IMG/VR virus record: IMGVR_UViG_3300045988_141072
Span: 32,001 to 96,000 of that record
Length of the DNA stretch: 64,000 nucleotides
Source: a virus
Strand: one strand, 5' to 3'
Shown here: positions 57,469 through 64,000 of the stretch, piece by piece
Layout: each line of letters begins with the position of its first letter
How positions within the stretch are numbered: position 1 is the first letter of the stretch
Made by a program: the position numbers and the translations under genes
The notes under the pieces: model-generated
What the model was told of the DNA's origin: nothing
Seen by the model: only the letters and a program-made list of their open reading frames with translations
Databases searched by the model: none

Positions 57469-58260
57469 TTAATCAGCATCTTCTTCTTCATCTACAAAAT
57501 AGATTTCTACCATATCCTGTGATGCAGAACATGCGTCTGTAAGAATAGCACCTTTATAATCCATATTCTGTGAATCTCCACCTTCAAGAGCAATAGATAC
57601 CTCTGGACTTGGAATAAATGATGGAATATGAATAATTACTGCACGGAAACTACCTACATTACACTTATCAACAGCGAGTGCCTTAAAGTATAATTCGTGA
57701 GCCTTTGGATACTTATCACCAGAAATTGTAATCTTTGCACCACTCTTAACATTTTTCTTAAATTTAACAAGATACTGTGTTTCATTTGTATCTGTAGGCG
57801 GTGTAAAAGTATGTCCTGCTGTATCTACTTTAAATTCTGTTTCAGATGCATCAGTTCCCTTTGTATATTCTTTACCAAGTGAACCATTTATAGAAAGTGC
57901 ATTAACAATAAATGTGTCTTCAACTGCATCAGTAATATCAAGTGTTTCACCAGCTTTAATAATCTTAAAGATAGGCATAACAATAGCCTTTCCTGCATCA
58001 GCAATTTCAGCACTAGTTGCAGAAATAGCTTCAATAACTGCAAGATTTAAGAATGCGTTTGTAGCAGTAATTTCTCCACTTTTACCAGAGTATTTTCTGT
58101 ATACTAAATTACCATCCTTATCTTTAATATCTGTAGAATCAGCAGTAATGTCGATTGTTGCGTTTGATAACTGTGTAAGAGCATATAAAGCTTTTGTTTT
58201 TGTAGCACCATAACCAAACTGTAAACGGTCAATAATTACGTCACCTAATTTAAATGCCAT
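57469..58260 (-). CDS. putative major tail (tube) protein
   Basis: 263 aa with an acidic C-terminus. AAGGAGGA RBS. Position after the connector genes, with a strong hairpin after the gene. Confidence 0.45.
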   Translation of the reverse strand: MAFKLGDVIIDRLQFGYGATKTKALYALTQLSNATIDITADSTDIKDKDGNLVYRKYSGKSGEITATNAFLNLAVIEAISATSAEIADAGKAIVMPIFKIIKAGETLDITDAVEDTFIVNALSINGSLGKEYTKGTDASETEFKVDTAGHTFTPPTDTNETQYLVKFKKNVKSGAKITISGDKYPKAHELYFKALAVDKCNVGSFRAVIIHIPSFIPSPEVSIALEGGDSQNMDYKGAILTDACSASQDMVEIYFVDEEEDAD

Positions 58261-58325
58261 AATTTTAATCCTCCTTATATTTTAATTTTTTGTATTAAAA
58301 AAGAGCGACATCAAATCGCTCAAAG

Positions 58326-59165
58326 TCACACATTATTTATTTCTCTCATAAAATTAAACTGTTCTTTAGGTACTTTAGATGTATCGCAGAATCCACTATA
58401 ACTTCCACCCATAAGTGCATGGGTAGATTCATATATTTGTAACCTCTGCACGGAGTCCATAAATTCGTAAATTCCAACGTCTCTAAGTTCCTGTAGTTTA
58501 TATTTAAATCCTGGATGATTAATACAAGCTGATATGAGTGGCAAAAGAGTAGAAGTATTTTTATCTTCTTTTTGCGTAGCCATATTCATTCTATCTTCAT
58601 CTATCATCCATTGTTTTGTAGTTTTGCCTTTAGCTTTTTCTATTTTTGGGTGTATATTTAATAGAGTCCTAATATATTCAGCTATTTCCATGTATTCAGA
58701 TTCTTTTAATAAGAAATCATTTTTTTCATCATACAAACATAACTCTGAATTTTCTGAATTAGGATATTTTATTGATACCAATTCCATATTTTCAACTTGA
58801 TAATCGGGGAACAATAATCGAATAACAGGGCGATCAATACCTGTATTTTTTAACATAGCGAACACTTCTATATCACTAACCTTGCACCAATCTATTCGTT
58901 GTGGCAAATCCCATAACATTACACGAATAGAAGTAGAATTATATAGAAAAGGCGAAAGACCAGAATAAAATTTTGACTCACCTATATCGAGAATATTACC
59001 TATCGTTGGTTGTATAATACGAATACCTTTAACAAAGTAATCTTCTCTAAAATACATTTTAAGTGGATCAAATTTATATTCTTGTGTATTCTCTTTTTTC
59101 TTTTTCGCTTCAGCTATAACGGCAGCTTGAAGTCCATCCAACATATCAGTATTTTGCTGCGCCAT
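58326..59165 (-). CDS. structural-module protein (unknown)
   Basis: 279-aa ORF in the head-tail joining region. Confidence 0.4.
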   Translation of the reverse strand: MAQQNTDMLDGLQAAVIAEAKKKKENTQEYKFDPLKMYFREDYFVKGIRIIQPTIGNILDIGESKFYSGLSPFLYNSTSIRVMLWDLPQRIDWCKVSDIEVFAMLKNTGIDRPVIRLLFPDYQVENMELVSIKYPNSENSELCLYDEKNDFLLKESEYMEIAEYIRTLLNIHPKIEKAKGKTTKQWMIDEDRMNMATQKEDKNTSTLLPLISACINHPGFKYKLQELRDVGIYEFMDSVQRLQIYESTHALMGGSYSGFCDTSKVPKEQFNFMREINNV

Positions 59166-59169
59166 AACA

Positions 59170-59820
59170 TCACCGCCTTAACTGATAGTTATTTACACTC
59201 GTTATACCATCTGTTGTTTTATGAATTCCATTAGTATCGACAACTTGGAATACAAGAGTGCGAACAAGATAATTATTATCTGTCGTAGATTCCTTTGATG
59301 AGATAAGATGTGTTTGCATTCCAAATATATTAGACCAATTAAATCGCTCTCTTATAATAGAAGCAATAAGATCATGTCTTGGAATTCCTGTTAATTTGTC
59401 ATTCCTATCATTACCATGAATAAAAATAGTAAATGTAACATTTGTGTATTTTAATGTATCCTGATAGCGAGGCATTTCATCAAAAGATACTTGATAACAG
59501 ATATAATGTTTTACCTCAGTCTGAGTATCTGGGATAAATAAATAAGGACGGATATTTGAATTTCCACCAAAATATCTATCCCATTCTCCAAGAGGTTCGT
59601 ATTCCTTTGTTTTTTCGTTCCATTCCCAATTAATATTACCATCACCATCGAAAAGTTCTGATTCTAATGATTTCTCATTGAGTGCATATAAAAGACATGG
59701 ATTAAGCATAAGTGCTTTCTCAATCTTTTTCTTATACTGAATATTTTCATCATCAGGAGTAGTCTTATATGCACGAAGTTTGTTTAACAAATCATTCTTT
59801 GTAACTAATTTTTCTGCCAT
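59170..59820 (-). CDS. structural-module protein (unknown)
   Basis: 216-aa ORF with GGAGGTG RBS. Confidence 0.4.
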   Translation of the reverse strand: MAEKLVTKNDLLNKLRAYKTTPDDENIQYKKKIEKALMLNPCLLYALNEKSLESELFDGDGNINWEWNEKTKEYEPLGEWDRYFGGNSNIRPYLFIPDTQTEVKHYICYQVSFDEMPRYQDTLKYTNVTFTIFIHGNDRNDKLTGIPRHDLIASIIRERFNWSNIFGMQTHLISSKESTTDNNYLVRTLVFQVVDTNGIHKTTDGITSVNNYQLRR

Positions 59821-59830
59821 AAAACACCTC

Positions 59831-61096
59831 CTATTCGATTAATTCTAGTGACAAAATTTCAGATTCAATCGGCAAATTATCTTTAACAATTTCACACTTA
59901 ACAGATAATATTTTGCCAATAACAGAAGTATCACTAGGAAACTTTACTTTCTTTTGGTTGTACTCTGTGCCAGCTCGCCATGTTACTTTATCAGTCCAAT
60001 CTTCATCGTCAATAGAGCAAGTCCATGTAAAAGTTGCATCAGCATATCCGGTTGTAATATCTTCATTGGAATCATTAAATAGATTTACTGTGAGAGTTTT
60101 ATAGCTGCCACCAACTTTAATAGTTGAAGTGGATGCTGAAATTCTTGCTGCAATAGAAGATGGGGGAGTGGTTGAAGTAGACGGATCTGTTGGGGCAGTA
60201 CCACCAAAATAGTTAGCCCAAAGACCTGTGATAATACCGTTTTTATCTTTCTCAATGTAATCAGTATTGCTATTGAATGGTTTCTGATATAGAGTAAGTT
60301 TTGTCCTTCCTCGGACATTTACTCGTTCCACCTTACTCACCACCCATGTATTAGGTGTCCAATTCTCAATCGAATAGTTTGGAATGTCTACAATGAGCCG
60401 TTGATTATTATTGTTGTCTTCAGAAACGTAATAGATTGTATCAGATATTTCATTTGTTGGAATGAACAAAAGTTCCTGATTCTGTTGACTTGATGTAACT
60501 CGATCAGTCCAAATTCCGCTATTGTATGATGACTGTGATTTTAAAACGCACCACATACTTCTCTTATATCTTTTATCTGCTTTGGTCTGAATCCACTGCA
60601 AGAGATAATCGCAAGGTAAAATGAAATACTTCTGGAAATCCTGTTCTACGTCTTTCATACAAATTAAATGTTTATGATAAAGTCCGTCTTTATCTGGTAT
60701 ATCAAGATACATACCCACAAAAATATCGACTAATTGATACTTCTTTCTATATTCTTCCATGTAGAATAATTCATCGTCTTCCGTGAAATATTCTTTCTGT
60801 TTTGGTCTGAATTGACATTGTAGAGTAGGAGAGTCCTTATCAATAGAACCATACTTACTTACAAGTATCTTCGCATCAATCGGTGTCTTTGTGGTATTCT
60901 CATATGTCATACCAACATTTATATCTGGCGAATCGTCATGTTTCCAATCATAGATATAGCATTTTTTACTCTGCTTATCATTGTCCCAAGTCCAATTCAT
61001 CATGTCGTCAGACTGTTCCTTATAAATCTGACCAATCGTTTTAGCACCGTTGTTCTTGGCGTTTGCGACACGCCTAGCTGTTTGTAGACTCGGCAT
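59831..61096 (-). CDS. structural protein with C-terminal Ig-like/beta-sandwich domain
   Basis: GAGGAGGTGGG RBS before the ATG at 61096. The C-terminus KVGGSYKTLTVNL...TFTWTCS...KILSVKCEIV is Ig-like. Confidence 0.45.
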   Translation of the reverse strand: MPSLQTARRVANAKNNGAKTIGQIYKEQSDDMMNWTWDNDKQSKKCYIYDWKHDDSPDINVGMTYENTTKTPIDAKILVSKYGSIDKDSPTLQCQFRPKQKEYFTEDDELFYMEEYRKKYQLVDIFVGMYLDIPDKDGLYHKHLICMKDVEQDFQKYFILPCDYLLQWIQTKADKRYKRSMWCVLKSQSSYNSGIWTDRVTSSQQNQELLFIPTNEISDTIYYVSEDNNNNQRLIVDIPNYSIENWTPNTWVVSKVERVNVRGRTKLTLYQKPFNSNTDYIEKDKNGIITGLWANYFGGTAPTDPSTSTTPPSSIAARISASTSTIKVGGSYKTLTVNLFNDSNEDITTGYADATFTWTCSIDDEDWTDKVTWRAGTEYNQKKVKFPSDTSVIGKILSVKCEIVKDNLPIESEILSLELIE

Positions 61097-61439
61097 CGCA
61101 ACCCACCTCCTCAAACATCTGCTTAATATATCCGTGAGAATCTAAGATTGCCCTACGGAATTTTTTGTAACTAAAATGGTCGCTCTTGAAATTATCCATA
61201 GCACCTTGTAAAGTTGCCATAAGAGTTACCATAAGTCCGTTATCATTAAATAAGGTTTTTGTGCCACCTAATTTAAACATAACGTTTTCAAAGAAGACGA
61301 GAAATGCTTCATCATCTTCAAATATTTTCTCTTCAATTGTTTTGTCTTTATAGAGCAGTAGTTTGTGAATGTCACCATGCATTGCACGAACTGCTTCATT
61401 GATTTGCTTGTCTGTGAAGTCACCATATATGTATTGCAT
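61074..61439 (-). CDS. head-tail connector region protein (unknown)
   Basis: Start moved to the ATG at 61439 (GGAG upstream), abutting the stop of the previous gene at 61441. Confidence 0.4.
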   Translation of the reverse strand: MQYIYGDFTDKQINEAVRAMHGDIHKLLLYKDKTIEEKIFEDDEAFLVFFENVMFKLGGTKTLFNDNGLMVTLMATLQGAMDNFKSDHFSYKKFRRAILDSHGYIKQMFEEVGCDAESTNS

Positions 61440-61440
61440 A

Positions 61441-61896
61441 TTAGGACTCCGTTGACGAATATGGTTTAAAAGCAAAACCATAATCACGAATAAGTTTCTG
61501 CTGTTCAATTTTCATTTCTTTCAGCAATGCCTTATTCAATGAATAATCGTCTTTCAATTTTTTCTCTTCTTTCCCACCAAAAAATCTTACAGTATTTTCC
61601 AACGATGTAACTTTTGGTTCAAGCCATTTTATAGCCATACCTTTGCTAAACAGTTCAATAACAAATTCTTCATCAGAATACTCGTCAACAGAAGTTGTTA
61701 ATTCAAATTCAAGTTGCTGAGTTTCGTCATCAAGTTTTAATGTGGAAAATAATCTACGAATAAATGGACTAGAGATAGCGGAGTGTAATCGCCCTGCTAA
61801 TATTTCATACAAATCAGACTCTTCTAAAGACAATTCTTTGACATCATCAATTAATCCAAAATATCTGTCAAATACTTTTTCATAGGAGATATTCAT
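61441..61896 (-). CDS. head-tail connector region protein (unknown)
   Basis: 151-aa ORF with GGAGGTG RBS. Confidence 0.4.
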   Translation of the reverse strand: MNISYEKVFDRYFGLIDDVKELSLEESDLYEILAGRLHSAISSPFIRRLFSTLKLDDETQQLEFELTTSVDEYSDEEFVIELFSKGMAIKWLEPKVTSLENTVRFFGGKEEKKLKDDYSLNKALLKEMKIEQQKLIRDYGFAFKPYSSTES

Positions 61897-61913
61897 ATAA
61901 CACCTCCAATATA

Positions 61914-62483
61914 TTACTCAGCAAGTAACTTCAAATCAGTACCGCATTCCTCATCAATAATCTTGATTTTATTCATACTGTCAAAAGTTCCTTCTGAAAT
62001 CATTTCAGAAACCATTGTTGCGATTGTACTCTTGAAACCAGATGGAAGTTTTCTAAACTCTTCACTAAAATGCATAGTTGGAAGATTGATGAGAGTTATT
62101 AAATCCTCTCTATCATATAAACCATCATATACTTTCTTTACTTCCTGCCAATGTACGTTTTCAAGCAACTCTTCATCCTCAATAATGATATAAGGTGCAA
62201 ATAAAGACTTCTTACGGACAAGTAAAGCTGAGAGTAAGTCCTGATACTCAATATATCTGAAATCACCCATGTTACTAAACTCATATGTAATTTTTGTCTT
62301 ATCACCAGTAAATAGAAGAGTACCTGCGTACATAGAACGACATGGAATTAAATCATCTGGTTCATACTTCTTAGGTTTCTTAACCTCTGCAACTGTTTCC
62401 TTTACTGTATCTTTTTCAACCTTTGTATCTTCTGTCTTTGTTTTTGCGGCAGAAGTAGTTGTAGCTTTCTTCTGATAAGCCAT
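61914..62483 (-). CDS. capsid-module protein with Lys/Thr/Glu-rich N-terminus
   Basis: 189-aa ORF immediately after the putative major capsid gene. Confidence 0.4.
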   Translation of the reverse strand: MAYQKKATTTSAAKTKTEDTKVEKDTVKETVAEVKKPKKYEPDDLIPCRSMYAGTLLFTGDKTKITYEFSNMGDFRYIEYQDLLSALLVRKKSLFAPYIIIEDEELLENVHWQEVKKVYDGLYDREDLITLINLPTMHFSEEFRKLPSGFKSTIATMVSEMISEGTFDSMNKIKIIDEECGTDLKLLAE

Positions 62484-62558
62484 TTATATTTTCTCCTTTC
62501 ACTCAATTCAAAAAGGACTGCATATCATTTAGATATACAGTCCAAATATTTCTATGGA

Positions 62559-63659
62559 TTACGCACCGATTGTCCAAGTACCAAATCTTGTGTTAGTCAT
62601 AGTCTTGATACCAAAACGAGACTTGAACTCGTACTCTTTTGTATCATCGGCATTATCACCAGACTCAGATACTTCCTTAGTCTCATCCATTCCCTCATAG
62701 TACATCTTAACAAACTTGTCGATGTTAGATGGGAGAATAAGAAGCTTTGTATCGTCTTCAAGGTAATGCTCTACGTCATTCTCCTTAAATGCCTGTGGAA
62801 GCTCGATAATCTGAGTACCCTCAAATGTACCAATTCTACCAGTGTTATAAACATCGTTCTTTGCAGCTTCAGAAACCCACTGAATATCTCCAAGATTCTT
62901 TAATCCTGCGAGAGCAACCTTTGTACCAACTATAGTAGCAACACCACCTGTAGCAAGCTGAACATCAGAAATAAGCTTTACAAACTTATCATGGTTAGCT
63001 GCATTTAACTCACCACGGATATTCCACTTAGCAGGAACAGGAAGAGAAGTACCAGCACTCATAACAGCTTCATGAAGAAGAGTATTGATTAATCTTGTGA
63101 AAGCTTCCGCAATCTTATTGATTAACTCACTCCAATCCTCAACGCCCTGAAGGAATCTTGACATTTCCATGTAAACCTTTGCACCATAAGACTTAACGCT
63201 TACACCAAAATCCTTACCAGCACCAAGTCTCTGTCTCTCAATACTGTGATGACCATCAGCAATCTCAGCAACAGTGATAATGCAAGGATCTTTTGTATAA
63301 AACTTGTTTGTCTGTCCAAGAGCGAGAGTCTTAACTTCTACATACTTCTGGAATACAGGTGAACTTGTCCAACCAGATACAAGAGTATCCTCAACGGTCT
63401 CTTCAATAACCTCGAATACGGCTTCTCTTACAGACTGTTTCTTAAATGCCTTTCTTACCTCATTAGGAGTAGGAGACTCAGAAAGACCTGCCATCTCGAT
63501 AATTGTCTTACGAATCTTATCATTTGCTTCTTCGATAGAATACTGTTTTACAGTACCTTTTGCTGTGTCAACGCACAGACGAGAGAAGTTCTTATATTTT
63601 GTTTCATCAAACTTTTCAACGATTACATCGCTCATTTCATTAAATCTTAATCTCTGCAT
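62559..63659 (-). CDS. putative major capsid protein
   Basis: 366 aa with AAGGAGGA RBS. Codon usage differs from neighbours (more C/G at third positions), typical of a highly expressed gene. Position in the head module. Confidence 0.55.
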   Translation of the reverse strand: MQRLRFNEMSDVIVEKFDETKYKNFSRLCVDTAKGTVKQYSIEEANDKIRKTIIEMAGLSESPTPNEVRKAFKKQSVREAVFEVIEETVEDTLVSGWTSSPVFQKYVEVKTLALGQTNKFYTKDPCIITVAEIADGHHSIERQRLGAGKDFGVSVKSYGAKVYMEMSRFLQGVEDWSELINKIAEAFTRLINTLLHEAVMSAGTSLPVPAKWNIRGELNAANHDKFVKLISDVQLATGGVATIVGTKVALAGLKNLGDIQWVSEAAKNDVYNTGRIGTFEGTQIIELPQAFKENDVEHYLEDDTKLLILPSNIDKFVKMYYEGMDETKEVSESGDNADDTKEYEFKSRFGIKTMTNTRFGTWTIGA

Positions 63660-63686
63660 AGTATATTAATCCTCCTTTCTACCGAA

Positions 63687-63965
63687 TTAAGCATATACCT
63701 GGGCATTCTTATCTACCCAAATACGATAATTTCCATTTGCAGCAATCTCGTAGATATGTCCTACAAAACCATATTCAGTCATACTTGGCTTCTCACCAGT
63801 AGTAAGCTTAAAGTCTGTACCATCTACGAATACATATTTTCCAACCTCTAATACAGCATCTGATGCAAAAGCTTCAGTAGAGAGTGTGAATCTATCAGTA
63901 TCCTGAATCTCGTAAGCTCTCATAACTTCACCCTTACCGTTATAGAAGTTAGATTCCTCCTGCAT
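63687..63965 (-). CDS. small head-module protein (unknown)
   Basis: 92-aa ORF directly upstream of the capsid gene. Confidence 0.4.
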   Translation of the reverse strand: MQEESNFYNGKGEVMRAYEIQDTDRFTLSTEAFASDAVLEVGKYVFVDGTDFKLTTGEKPSMTEYGFVGHIYEIAANGNYRIWVDKNAQVYA

Positions 63966-64000
63966 CTTTGTTGTATATTCCTCATAAATCTTTGGAGCAG

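Overview
This is an AT-rich 64-kb stretch of a temperate, long-tailed (siphovirus-type) phage of a low-GC Firmicute. It appears to be in the unintegrated configuration, because the integrase and an attP-like region sit mid-window. nt 1-21,830 are read on the + strand. They hold replication genes (DnaE-type Pol III alpha, RecD-like helicase, NAD-dependent ligase), a large nucleotide-metabolism set (ThyX-like, guanylate-kinase-like, deoxyribosyltransferase-like, anaerobic RNR NrdD/NrdG, dUTPase), selfish elements (a free-standing HNH-AP2 endonuclease and a LAGLIDADG intein in NrdD) and the lysogeny module (Xis-like HTH, arm-type repeats, tyrosine integrase). nt 21,868-64,000 are read on the - strand. 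They hold capsid, connector and tail genes, a baseplate/fibre module rich in glycan-directed domains (two SGNH esterases, a pectate-lyase-like beta-helix, 3 Ig-like repeats, collagen-like and BspA-type LRR proteins) and an NlpC/P60 endolysin. The two blocks converge on a bidirectional terminator at about 21.83 kb. The late operon is interrupted by three insulated accessory cassettes. The most unusual feature is that the tape measure gene is split into two in-frame pieces by 5,471 nt (41039-46509). The 5' ~620 nt of this intervening sequence is an ORF-free, highly structured RNA with group I intron-like elements. A splice model (U46510 / G41039) restores the reading frame. The rest of the insert is a two-strand cargo with its own promoters and terminators, including a complete AbiQ/ToxIN-like type III toxin-antitoxin (three ~35-nt RNA repeats, terminator, toxin), a second orphan ToxI-like repeat pair, a DUF3800 cassette and DUF2513-like and zinc-ribbon proteins. 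Other notable items are a phage-borne cysteine desulfurase, a + strand mini-cassette (type I toxin-like peptide plus a candidate sRNA with a consensus promoter) inside the tail operon, and an attP-like region carrying what looks like the 3' end of a host gene. All calls come from reading the sequence and ORF translations by eye. No database search or RNA folding was run.
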